A stretch of DNA of 22,977 nt from an uncultured virus (IMG/VR IMGVR_UViG_3300027747_004168) (Duplodnaviria; Heunggongvirae; Uroviricota; Caudoviricetes): IMG/VR virus record IMGVR_UViG_3300027747_004168. The stretch is one strand, 5' to 3'. Positions 1 to 7,898 of this stretch are shown here, one piece after another. The position numbers and the translations under genes are program-made. Positions within the stretch are counted from its first letter, which is position 1, and every line of letters begins with the position of its first letter. The notes below the pieces were generated by a model. That model made no database searches and was not told the DNA's origin. It saw only the letters and a list, made by a program, of their open reading frames with translations.

Positions 1-922
1 TCAGCGGCTCGGCGTCCGACAGGCCGAAGTAGTCCCCGACGATCTCGTTCTTGGAGTTCACGGTGAACAGGCCCATGTACCTGTAGTCGCAGCACATCCT
101 CTTGAACATTTTGGGCGTCTTGAGGCAGTCGAGGTATATCTGGTCCGGCTCGGGGTTCTGCCTCGTCGGGTAGCAGGTGCCGTATATGATTTTCTTCACG
201 CCGATCTTGAGCAGGCTTTTGAAGAACTCCCTCTGCTTCTCCGGGTCGTACACTTCCTGCTGTATTGCCGCCTGGACGGTCATCCTCTCGCCCATCCCCA
301 GCTTGACCAGCCTCGCCAGGTTGCAGAATGTCCTTCTGTGCGGGTTGACCGACTTGTCGGCGGACTTCCGCTGCCAGTTGTGCTGGTCTTCGAGTCCGTC
401 GAGGCTCACGTCGACGTAGGACATTGACAGCAGTCTTACGGAGTCTGCGTCGAGGGGCAGGGCGAGGTTCGTGGTCAGCGAGCAGTTCACGTTCTCCTGG
501 CCGAACTCGCCGATTAGGCCTTCGAGGATTTCTAGGCACTCGCGGGCCTTGATGAGGCACTCCCCGCCCAGGAATGAGACGTTGAACTTCCTCGTCCCGT
601 ATCTCTCCTTGTGGGCTCGGCAAAGCCTGACGAGGTCTGCTGGGTCTATCTTGCACTCGTCTCTGGCCTTGAGGAGTCCCAGCACGCAACAGTGGTTGCA
701 CCTCAGGTTGCATTCCCACGTCGGCAGTATCCTGAGCGACAGTTCTTCTTTCGGCGGGCTGAACAGCCTCCTCTCGAGCGATTCCCCCTCCTGCCCCGCG
801 AGGAAGAGTCCGTCCTCGAGCTCGTCGAGCGGCGCGTCCTCTGGCAGGCTCTGCTGCGTCATGGTGTTGTAGAGGACGCCCTCCGTCCTGACAACGTACC
901 TAGATGTCAAATTATGCAGCAT
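1..922 (-). CDS. Radical SAM protein, anaerobic sulfatase maturase / SPASM-type peptide maturase-like; 3' end runs off the window
   Basis: Hand translation, as it is absent from the ORF track (no stop in the window): MLHNLTSRYVVRTEG...PTWECNLRCNHCCVLG...VSFLGGE...LTTN...VDVSLDG...HNWQR. The CxxxCxxC motif plus GGE, TTN and SLDG motifs are typical of this rSAM subgroup. The start overlaps the end of the upstream gene. Confidence 0.9.
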   Translation of the reverse strand, partial: MLHNLTSRYVVRTEGVLYNTMTQQSLPEDAPLDELEDGLFLAGQEGESLERRLFSPPKEELSLRILPTWECNLRCNHCCVLGLLKARDECKIDPADLVRLCRAHKERYGTRKFNVSFLGGECLIKARECLEILEGLIGEFGQENVNCSLTTNLALPLDADSVRLLSMSYVDVSLDGLEDQHNWQRKSADKSVNPHRRTFCNLARLVKLGMGERMTVQAAIQQEVYDPEKQREFFKSLLKIGVKKIIYGTCYPTRQNPEPDQIYLDCLKTPKMFKRMCCDYRYMGLFTVNSKNEIVGDYFGLSDAEPL

Positions 923-1995
923 ATGTTGTCCACCACCCTGCTTTTGTCGAAGCCCTTCCAGAACGTCGGATACTTGTATCTCCCAACAAGATAAGAGCGA
1001 TAGGGCATGTATTTCGCCTCGCGGCCTTTGAGGAATGAATTTATCTCGGCCCTGTCGTCCTCGGGCAGTCTGTTCTTCTCCCCGTGGTCGAACATGTCGT
1101 GGTATATGTGGAACACCCCGGGTTCCGCCTCTATGAACTGCATGTTCAGCATTCGGGATTTGATTTTGGTTATGAGCTCATGCCCCGAGAGGTATTCGCC
1201 GTCGATCATGGGCCTTTGCTTGTAGTGGGGTACGAACCTGTATTCGCATCTGGTCCTCCCGCACCCGCACGGCTCGAATCCTCGGACCTCCATGATGTCC
1301 GACTTCTTGAACGATGCCTTGGTCAGGTTCAGCAGGTTTGTGACTCTCCCGCCCCTCTCGGACCATATCGGCACTATGTGTCGTCCGCCGTGCTCGCACT
1401 CGTGGAAGTTGACGCCGGTCTTCCAGTCCACCATGCGGTCCAGAGCGTTGATCCTGCGCTTGTCGTAGAAGGCGTCCCAGCAGGACGAGAATATGCGGGC
1501 TTTGCCGGCCGCGAAGTACTCGGCCAGCGTGTCGTGGCATCCCATCATCATGACGACGTTGGGGAACGCCTCCAGCACCGCATCCCCCCTTTTCTCGAGC
1601 CTTCCGAGTAGGTACTCGGCGCCCTTTTCGCACGTGAGGTCCGCGAAGATCGAGTCGCCCAGTTCGGCGAACCGTTCGACCTGGTAGAAGTCGAATCTGC
1701 AGTTCAGCATGACGCGTCTCTTGCGGGACCGCCTCTGTCTCTCCTCGAATCCCCTCACCACATGGGTGCAGTTGGGGCCGAACGCGTATTCGGACTCCTC
1801 TTGGCCGGACCCGTTTGATTTCATCTGGCGCGCCTCCACGGGCTTGCGGAAGCCGCGGTGGACCTCCTCCATTTCGGCCATGTCTGACTCGTAGTTCGAG
1901 AAGTCGTATTCGAATGCGTTGTCCAGGAACTCCTCTGCGGACTCCCTGTCCAGCCTGTCTAGGTATCGGCGGTAGGACTCTGTCATCGCCGACAT
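907..1995 (-). CDS. Divergent phenylacetate-CoA ligase (PaaK/CapK)-like adenylate-forming protein
   Basis: C-terminal ~360 aa of the 907..2787 ORF, starting at MSAMTES (1995, GGAGG upstream) or MTES (1986, ATGA overlap). Contains a degenerate P-loop-like KSNGSG, FHECEHG, VTNLLN and PCGCGRT, reminiscent of the PaaK-like family. Confidence 0.55.
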   Translation of the reverse strand: MSAMTESYRRYLDRLDRESAEEFLDNAFEYDFSNYESDMAEMEEVHRGFRKPVEARQMKSNGSGQEESEYAFGPNCTHVVRGFEERQRRSRKRRVMLNCRFDFYQVERFAELGDSIFADLTCEKGAEYLLGRLEKRGDAVLEAFPNVVMMMGCHDTLAEYFAAGKARIFSSCWDAFYDKRRINALDRMVDWKTGVNFHECEHGGRHIVPIWSERGGRVTNLLNLTKASFKKSDIMEVRGFEPCGCGRTRCEYRFVPHYKQRPMIDGEYLSGHELITKIKSRMLNMQFIEAEPGVFHIYHDMFDHGEKNRLPEDDRAEINSFLKGREAKYMPYRSYLVGRYKYPTFWKGFDKSRVVDNICCII

Positions 1996-2630
1996 AGCTT
2001 CGCGTCCTCCTGGAAGACCTCCTCGAATCCGCCGAGTCTGCGGATGGAGAGCCTGTCGTACTCCGTTCTGCCTATTGCGAAGGTGTTCTTCGTCCCGAAG
2101 GCCCTTTCGATTTCCTCGTCGAGCCGGTCGTAAAGCATTATGTTTGTCTTCTCCGCGCCCAATCGGGCTATTATGCGGTGCTGGTGGAAGAAGTTGAAGA
2201 GCTTGAGCTTGTAGTCCGAGCCTTCGAACTCCACGACCTTTTCGTCTTCGGATGCGTCGGGTTCGTACAGCAGGTCGCCGTGCTTCACCTCGCACGGGAG
2301 AAGGGCCTTCTCGGCCCTCACGAATTCGGTGAATCTCATGTCCTTTATCCTCGTGAGCTCTTCGTACCTGCATCGGGCCGGGATGTCTTTCATTCTCTTG
2401 GTCGAAGACAGGGTGTTCTGTGCGGACAGCCAGATCGACGCGGCCCGCTCGATGGGGGTCCGCAGGACTATTTGCCTGACGAAGTCTCCGTACTCCTCCG
2501 GGACGGAGACCCTGTGTATCGGCAGCAGCTCTTTGCATTCGAATTTGGAGAGCAGGAGCGCGGAGACGGATCTGCTCGCGGTCCTCGGATTCCTGACGAA
2601 CACCCATCGCATCTTTTCGCAGACTATCAT
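1983..2630 (-). CDS. Sulfotransferase family 2-like protein
   Basis: N-terminal WVFVRNPRTASRSV matches the 5'-PSB loop pattern (FxHxPKTAGxS). LRTPIERAASIW matches the 3'-PB pattern (RxPxxRxxS). Coupled to the next gene by an overlap. Confidence 0.7.
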   Translation of the reverse strand: MIVCEKMRWVFVRNPRTASRSVSALLLSKFECKELLPIHRVSVPEEYGDFVRQIVLRTPIERAASIWLSAQNTLSSTKRMKDIPARCRYEELTRIKDMRFTEFVRAEKALLPCEVKHGDLLYEPDASEDEKVVEFEGSDYKLKLFNFFHQHRIIARLGAEKTNIMLYDRLDEEIERAFGTKNTFAIGRTEYDRLSIRRLGGFEEVFQEDAKLCRR

Positions 2631-2660
2631 GAGAGCATTTCAGAATAGTGGGCTTACAAC

Positions 2661-2700
2661 AAAAAAGGCCGGACGATGCTGTTTCCAACATCGTCCGGCC
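2661..2700 (-). terminator. Rho-independent terminator ending the non-coding transcription unit
   Basis: Minus strand GGCCGGACGATGTTG-GAAA-CAGCATCGTCCGGCC-TTTTTT: a 15-bp stem with one G-U pair, a GAAA loop and a U-tract. Confidence 0.9.
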
Positions 2701-3587
2701 TGGTCGGGCGGAAGAAGGTTTTGAGTCCGCTCGCGCTTTCGCGGAGGAACGAACTTCCCAAATTGGTCCGTCGCATGAAGGCAGCATCCCGGGTACTCTT
2801 CCACCGTTGGGCGATTTGCGCCCACCGCACGGTGACCCGTCTGCGACAGCCGTGGTCTGCTCCGGTCGCTCGCTGACGCCATGATCCTGCGGGTTGGGCC
2901 CTTGGCTCCGCCTGTTACCGGCGGTCCGCGTGGGGGCTTGTCCCTAGGGCGGTGCGTCGACTTGCGCCGGGCATTGGCCTCGGCACTCCTGCGTGTTTAT
3001 CGCGTTCAGGCTCCGCGTCGTTTCTGGGGAGTTTTTTGGTTGGACTCGACTGTCCCCTCCCTGGCTCAACACCGCTATGATCCGTCGCCACGGATGCTCC
3101 GCTCTGGCGGAGGGCTTTTGCCGGGGGGACTGCAACGTCCCCCGACTTACCCCGCGATGCAGCGATGACCGCCTCTTCGACTCGCACGGGACCCGGGGCT
3201 TTCGACCCGGGATGCGTTCCCGAACTTGTCGGCGGCGAACTTCGGACGTTTGTCCCGAGCTGGCATTTCTGACAACTAGGTTTATATCGCCCGACCATCC
3301 TCGCTCCGATGCCAGCCGTGGGTTTCCGAACAGGCTCCTCCCCGATCAGTGAAAGCGGGGTTTTGCCTTCTTCGTACGCTGCTGTGCCGATGTTGCCATC
3401 GGTTGCGCCGCGTCCTCGCCCTTTCTTGGCGGATTGGGCTTTTGTGGCCGCGGATTCCGTTTTGGGGAATCCGTCGGCTTGCCCACGGCTTCTGGTTTCT
3501 CGCCGCGACCCTCACGGGCCACGGCAAGGACTTGTGTTTGTCGAATTGTCAAAGATCGGCTCGGCTTCGCGTTACCGCGTCGTCGAT
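2701..3587 (-). ncRNA. Candidate large (~0.85-0.9 kb) highly structured non-coding RNA, in the GOLLD/ROOL size class; family unassigned
   Basis: No protein-like ORF in an otherwise gene-dense window. Bounded by a promoter and a terminator. Many GNRA-closed hairpins read on the minus strand. Long-range complementarities at 3288-3297/2701-2710, 3482-3489/3315-3322 and 3309-3316/3259-3266. Confidence 0.8.
3546..3579 (-). promoter_or_regulatory. rrn-leader-like boxB hairpin plus boxA antitermination element
   Basis: Minus strand CGCG-GTAA-CGCG hairpin (3579-3568) followed by GATCTTTGACAA (3557-3546), similar to rrn boxA (TGCTCTTTAACA / GATCTTTGAAAA types). Confidence 0.6.
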
Positions 3588-3593
3588 GGGCGC

Positions 3594-3621
3594 AGTATAT
3601 CGCATCCGTTCGTGTGTGCAA
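3594..3621 (-). promoter_or_regulatory. Sigma70-type promoter driving the candidate ncRNA
   Basis: TTGCAC-N16-TATACT on the minus strand, with an A-tract upstream. Confidence 0.7.
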
Positions 3622-3664
3622 GGCCCTTGTCCAATTTTTTTCTGGGAGCCTGTTTTTCAGGCGT

Positions 3665-4042
3665 CTAGGCCTGTTGCCTCTCGGGGGCCTCGGACTCCAT
3701 TTCTCTCTGGACTTCCTTGGCGATCCGCTCGCACTCCTCCTCCTCCTTGGCTTCGACCTCTACTTTGTTCCTCTTGAGGTTCCTCGCCAGTTCGGAGACG
3801 CCGAGAAGGCCGAGGAGAAGTGCGACCTGGAATCCCGGGAGCGGGACGAAGCCCCCCGCGAGGGTCCACGCGATGATGCGGTCTGCGGTCTTCTGGCCGT
3901 ATCTCTCGGCGAGGCGCTTCTTCTGTGCCTCTAGGCTTTCCGCGGCCTTCCTGACGATTGGGTTCTTATCGACCGTCAGCCAGTCGGCGACGGATTCCGA
4001 CTGGACTCTCCTGTCCATCCATTCTCTGAAGGTTCGGCCCAT
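3665..4042 (-). CDS. Hypothetical protein with N-terminal F-x-x-W tag and one hydrophobic segment
   Basis: 125 aa, MGRTFREWMDRR...; hydrophobic IIAWTLAGGFVPLPGFQVALLLGLLGV; TAAATA 5 nt upstream of the ATG. Confidence 0.8.
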   Translation of the reverse strand: MGRTFREWMDRRVQSESVADWLTVDKNPIVRKAAESLEAQKKRLAERYGQKTADRIIAWTLAGGFVPLPGFQVALLLGLLGVSELARNLKRNKVEVEAKEEEECERIAKEVQREMESEAPERQQA

Positions 4043-4047
4043 GAGAG

Positions 4048-4073
4048 TATTTATGGGTTTGGCGCACTAAATA
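4048..4073. promoter_or_regulatory. Divergent pair of TAAATA late-promoter-like motifs
   Basis: TAAATA-N5-ATG on both strands (4053-4048 minus, 4068-4073 plus) within a 36-bp intergenic gap. Confidence 0.65.
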
Positions 4074-4078
4074 CCGGC

Positions 4079-4387
4079 ATGAAGAGTTTTTCGCAGTGGA
4101 TGGAGGAGGCTTACCCCTCGGAACGCGGTCAGGAGTGGATCGATGCCGAAAGGAGGAGGCTTTTGGCCTGGCCCAGGGACAGGCTGATCGGCTGGCTGAT
4201 GTGGAACGACCGCAACGGGGTTTTCTCGGACGAGGACGCGGAACGAGAGGGGATGGATCCGATCACGGTGGAGGACGCCGTGGAGCTCGTCATGCAGCAC
4301 GTGGAGGAGAACCTCGAGACCCCAGAGGAGATGATGCGGTCTGCGCGTGGCCCGGTGGCCGGCGGTCAGTATTGGAATCGGCCCTAG
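4079..4387 (+). CDS. Hypothetical acidic protein with N-terminal tag
   Basis: 102 aa, MKSFSQWMEEAY...; protein-like composition; fills the gap between neighbouring genes. Confidence 0.8.
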   Translation: MKSFSQWMEEAYPSERGQEWIDAERRRLLAWPRDRLIGWLMWNDRNGVFSDEDAEREGMDPITVEDAVELVMQHVEENLETPEEMMRSARGPVAGGQYWNRP

Positions 4388-4398
4388 GCCCGTTCCGT

Positions 4399-5385
4399 TC
4401 AGGGAAGCAGGCTCTGTTTGATCATCGCCTCGGCCACCGCCTTTACCATGGGCGGCGGCACGGAGTTGCCGATCTGCCTTATCGCCGTGGAGTCTCTCGC
4501 GGGCATCTTGTGGCTTTGCGGGAACCCTTGGACGAGCAGGCATTCGGCTGGAGCGAGTCTCCGTACGCCATTGTCGTCGTACACCCAGAACCGTCCCGCT
4601 GACTCCTGCGATGGGATCGTCGGGTGTGTCCCGTCCGCGTGGTATATCCTGTTTGGCTGCTTGTGGAATCTGGAGAGGTGCTCCGTCCCCTCCCTCGTCC
4701 CCTTCTTTCGCGCGGGCTTGTTCCTGTACCCGACGAACAGCAGGCCCGATTTCTGTTGCCTCCACTTGTCGCGGGGCAGCAGCGTGTACTCCGATGGTTC
4801 CAGGACGGCCGCTGTTGTGGCGGATAGAATGGGTCTGATGGTGGGCGTGGGGCCGCATCTGTCCACCAGTCCGAAGTCAAACTTCTCCCTCAGGGAGGCG
4901 ACCATGATCGTCCTCTCCCTGTTCTGTGGCACCCCGAAGTCCTTGGCGTTGAGCACCTGCCAAGAGAAATGGTAGCCTTCTTCCTCGAGCATCGACCGTA
5001 TGGTGTCCAGCGTCCTTCCGCCGTCGTGCTTGGACAGGTGCTTGACGTTCTCTAGCAGCAGGGCCTGCGGCCTCTTGCTCTTGGCGATCCTGAGGATGTC
5101 GAAGAATAGAGTCCCCCTCGGGTCGTCGAAGCCCTTCTTCCTCCCGGCTATGCTGAAGCTCTGGCAGGGGAAGCCGCCGGCGAGCAGCTGGTGGTCGGGG
5201 ATTTGTTTCTCGTCGACCTTCGTTATGTCGCCGTCCGGGTAGTCGCCGAAGTTGCTTCTGTATGTCTCCCGGCAGTCGGGGTCGATCTCGGACGAGTAGA
5301 CGCACCTTCCGCCGCAGGCGTCCAGGGCGGTGCGGAAGCCCCCCATCCCCGCGAACAGGTCTATGTAGGAGAACTCGGCGTTCAT
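4399..5385 (-). CDS. C5-cytosine DNA methyltransferase 1
   Basis: MNAEFSYIDLFAGMGG (motif I), AGGFPCQSFS (IV), LLENV (VI), PQNRER (VIII), QIGNSV (X). The ATG at 5385 overlaps the upstream stop (ATGA). Confidence 0.95.
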   Translation of the reverse strand: MNAEFSYIDLFAGMGGFRTALDACGGRCVYSSEIDPDCRETYRSNFGDYPDGDITKVDEKQIPDHQLLAGGFPCQSFSIAGRKKGFDDPRGTLFFDILRIAKSKRPQALLLENVKHLSKHDGGRTLDTIRSMLEEEGYHFSWQVLNAKDFGVPQNRERTIMVASLREKFDFGLVDRCGPTPTIRPILSATTAAVLEPSEYTLLPRDKWRQQKSGLLFVGYRNKPARKKGTREGTEHLSRFHKQPNRIYHADGTHPTIPSQESAGRFWVYDDNGVRRLAPAECLLVQGFPQSHKMPARDSTAIRQIGNSVPPPMVKAVAEAMIKQSLLP

Positions 5386-6386
5386 CGGGGCATTCCGTCG
5401 AGGATGTGGGCGACTATGTCGACTGTCCACCCGTTGCCGAGCATCCTGTACCTCTGGGTGTCTGACACGGGGGACGTGTAGCCGTCGGGCACCGTCTGGA
5501 GCCTTTCGCACTCGAGGGGCGTCACGTAGCGAATGGCGAACTTGCCGGCAGGGAGGTCGCCCTCTCTCGTTATTCGGTGTTCCTTCCCGTCCTTCTCGGC
5601 GACGAGGAATCCGTCCTTGAGCGCTATTCTGATCGGGCCGGACTCCGGGTCCTTGCCTCCGTATACGGGGAACTTTGCCGGGTCCAGGCCCGGGTCCGCG
5701 TCGGCCACGCCGAAGAAGCGCTGCGAGCTGTACTTCTTGTGGTGGTTGGCCTCGAGCATCTGCATCTTCTCGTGGTCTTTGTGGATGGTGATAGGCCTGC
5801 CCTTCCTTATGCTCTCCGCGGCGAGCCACTGCATGGCCTTGTGCGTGTAGTAGTGCTTGTGCAACGCCGCCCCGCGCTCCCTGACGGACCCCCACGAGAC
5901 CTTCTTGTCGCCCGGCTGGGCGAGGCCCGGTATGTTCGTCCAGTACAGCCTCTTCCTGTTCTGTGCGGAGATAAGGTTTGAGTTGATGAGTGCGGGCTCG
6001 ACTCCTAGCGTCCTGCTGATGACTGCCTCGTACTCCTTCTTCATGACCACGTTCTCGAGCAGGAAGAACCGGGACTTGCACTCCTCCAGGATCCTGGCGT
6101 ACTCGAAGAAGAGCTTGCTCTCCGGGTGCTCGAAGTTCAGCTGGTTGCCCGCGAAGCTGAACCCTTGGCAGGGGCTTCCTCCGATGAGGATGTCGGGTCT
6201 GGGTATGTCGCGGGCGAAGACCTTGGTGACGTCGCCCAGGTGCTTTGTGTTTGGGAAGTTCTTCTTGGTGACGGCGATGGCGTCCTCGTCCACCTCGCTC
6301 GCCATGTAGAGGTCGGGTTTGATGTTGAGTTTTTCGAGCGCGAGCTGCCCGCAGCTCATCCCGTCGAAGAGGCTGAGTACGATCAC
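5382..6386 (-). CDS. C5-cytosine DNA methyltransferase 2 (phage Dcm-like)
   Basis: LSLFDGMSCG, GGSPCQGFS, LLENV, AQNRKR, ERLQT, LGNGW motifs; GTG start. Confidence 0.95.
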   Translation of the reverse strand: MIVLSLFDGMSCGQLALEKLNIKPDLYMASEVDEDAIAVTKKNFPNTKHLGDVTKVFARDIPRPDILIGGSPCQGFSFAGNQLNFEHPESKLFFEYARILEECKSRFFLLENVVMKKEYEAVISRTLGVEPALINSNLISAQNRKRLYWTNIPGLAQPGDKKVSWGSVRERGAALHKHYYTHKAMQWLAAESIRKGRPITIHKDHEKMQMLEANHHKKYSSQRFFGVADADPGLDPAKFPVYGGKDPESGPIRIALKDGFLVAEKDGKEHRITREGDLPAGKFAIRYVTPLECERLQTVPDGYTSPVSDTQRYRMLGNGWTVDIVAHILDGMPR

Positions 6387-6392
6387 TCACAT

Positions 6393-6421
6393 AATATAGA
6401 TTATTCTAGATCGTCGCGCAA
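6393..6421 (-). promoter_or_regulatory. Sigma70-type promoter of MTase pair 1/2, probably leaderless
   Basis: TTGCGC-N17-TATATT, 6 nt before the GTG start. Confidence 0.5.
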
Positions 6422-6868
6422 TCTGTCCTTTGATTTCATTCGCCCGACGAATTCTTCTATGGCGTCCTGGTCGTACCCGAGGAGTTTTCCTATCGCCCTG
6501 TGCTGCTCCTCGTCGGCGAGCAGCTCTGGCTTCCTCCTGTTCGTGAGCCTCATCGACTCTTTGACGTGCGAGGGGTGGCCCATGTAGGTGTATCCGAGGA
6601 CGTCCTTGTCGATCTCCATCCTTCCCTCTCTAGCGGCGTCCTCTGCGATGGCCATGAGTTCGCGGCGTAGGGCTGTGGTCTTGTGGGGCGGTTGAATGGT
6701 CAAGGACTTGCCGCCAGACGGGAAACCTTTCCTTGCGTAATGGATTACGGCGGCGATCTCCTCTTCTGGGGTCGCGATGCCGAATCCCCTTCTCCACGAC
6801 TCCCCGGGGTTCTCGATCATCTTGGCGGCCGCGACGGATGGGTCTGTTATAAAAACGCGGAAGTCCAT
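6401..6868 (-). CDS. Hypothetical protein with N-terminal tag
   Basis: Likely start MDFRVFITD at 6868, 2 nt after the upstream stop; C-terminal IGKLLGYDQDAIEEF. Confidence 0.75.
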   Translation of the reverse strand: MDFRVFITDPSVAAAKMIENPGESWRRGFGIATPEEEIAAVIHYARKGFPSGGKSLTIQPPHKTTALRRELMAIAEDAAREGRMEIDKDVLGYTYMGHPSHVKESMRLTNRRKPELLADEEQHRAIGKLLGYDQDAIEEFVGRMKSKDRLRDDLE

Positions 6869-6870
6869 CT

Positions 6871-7680
6871 CTACACTGCTCGTCCCATGCCGGCCTTGGC
6901 GGCGGCCCGTCTTTTCCCGGCCTCCACTGCCTGCTGGTAGAGGTACGGATTGACGAGTATCATTTTGCGTCTGATCTCGTCCCTCTCCTCTTTGGTCTTG
7001 GCCGCCTTGTACATGTCCACGAGCCTCTTCCATTCCTCTGGCTGTGGCTTGGGGCGGTCGGGATCGACGCGCCGCATCGGAGCCTTATCTTGTTTTTCCT
7101 TCCTCTCTAGTTCCTTGAGGAAGGGCTTTGGGTCTGCGGGCTTCTGCGTTCGGACCGCCTTGGGCTTGGTCGTCCTCTCATCCGAACCCTTCTTCTCCTT
7201 CGTGTCCGCATTCTTTCCGTCCTTCCACGAGTCAAGTCCGACGAGGTCTTGGAAGGCGGTTCGGTCTTTGCTGCCGGGGGCGTAAAGCCCGGTTATCCCC
7301 AGCATGGGTTCGCTTACCGCTTGGGCCCCGCGCAGAATCGGGGAGACGCCCGTGGCGACACCCACTCCTTGGGCGATTCCTCTGGCGACCTTGCCTATTC
7401 CTGACCCTATGTTGTCAGAGGCTCGCCTGAAGGTCTTCTCGGCCTCTTCGTGGCCGCCACCTGCTCTCTGGGCCGCGGAAAGGACCCCCTGTCCGATCCC
7501 GTAGGTTCCTTGAAGAACCCCCGAGGAGACATTCCCTATGGCCCGTCCTGTCTGGGACAGGGCGTTGCCAGTCGCGCCGGCGGCGAATTTGAGAGCCGAA
7601 CCCAGCCACTCGTCGATGTGTTCGATGCCCTCGTCGAAGAGGGCCGCCTCTTCGTTCTCTATGAACTCCCTGAATTCCAT
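6871..7680 (-). CDS. Hypothetical Gly/Ala-rich protein with N-terminal tag (candidate virion internal protein)
   Basis: 269 aa, MEFREFIENEE...IDEWLGSALKFAAGATGNALSQTG; TACATA-N4-ATG upstream. Confidence 0.85.
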   Translation of the reverse strand: MEFREFIENEEAALFDEGIEHIDEWLGSALKFAAGATGNALSQTGRAIGNVSSGVLQGTYGIGQGVLSAAQRAGGGHEEAEKTFRRASDNIGSGIGKVARGIAQGVGVATGVSPILRGAQAVSEPMLGITGLYAPGSKDRTAFQDLVGLDSWKDGKNADTKEKKGSDERTTKPKAVRTQKPADPKPFLKELERKEKQDKAPMRRVDPDRPKPQPEEWKRLVDMYKAAKTKEERDEIRRKMILVNPYLYQQAVEAGKRRAAAKAGMGRAV

Positions 7681-7708
7681 GCCCTATGTAGGGGGCTGGA
7701 AGGGGTTT

Positions 7709-7855
7709 TCATGCCCAGGGGAGAGAGGCCATAAACCCGATGAGCATCCGGGCGAGCGGGTTCAGACGCCTATGGGAGTCCATGAACTCCCGCAGCTCCA
7801 TAGGGTTTCTTTCGAGGAAGTCGACAAGGTCGTTGCCGTCGTATTTGCTTTTCAT
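7709..7855 (-). CDS. Small hypothetical protein (48 aa)
   Basis: Hand translation MKSKYDGNDLVDFLERNPMELREFMDSHRRLNPLARMLIGFMASLPWA; lies directly behind a promoter-like motif. Confidence 0.6.
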   Translation of the reverse strand: MKSKYDGNDLVDFLERNPMELREFMDSHRRLNPLARMLIGFMASLPWA

Positions 7856-7861
7856 GACCTT

Positions 7862-7889
7862 ATTGTAGCCTCGTTTGCGCATGGCGCAA
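7862..7889 (-). promoter_or_regulatory. Sigma70-type promoter, probably leaderless
   Basis: TTGCGC-N16-TACAAT, 6 nt before the ATG at 7855. Confidence 0.55.
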
Positions 7890-7898
7890 AGCTGCCAT

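Noticed and set aside
907..2787. 626-aa ORF as one protein; likewise the full-length ORFs 4399..6390, 6401..7033, 7899..8753 and 15927..16580
   Set aside because: The N-terminal parts are off-frame shadows of real upstream genes. Internal starts coupled to the upstream stops give coherent proteins.
2701..3587. RNase P RNA, tmRNA, group I/II intron, rRNA or tRNA as the identity of the structured RNA
   Set aside because: I could not find the RNase P GAGGAAAGUCC / ACAGAA..CGGCUUA motifs, tmRNA tRNA-like ends, a group II domain V, or a tRNA cloverleaf. No gene is interrupted. A covariance search is still needed.
2640..3934. Many 60-170 aa ORFs in the track across the 2.64-3.66 kb gap
   Set aside because: They are Arg/Pro/Ser-rich shadow-type sequences with no motifs, SD or coupling, expected by chance in GC-rich DNA. 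The structure signals explain the region better.
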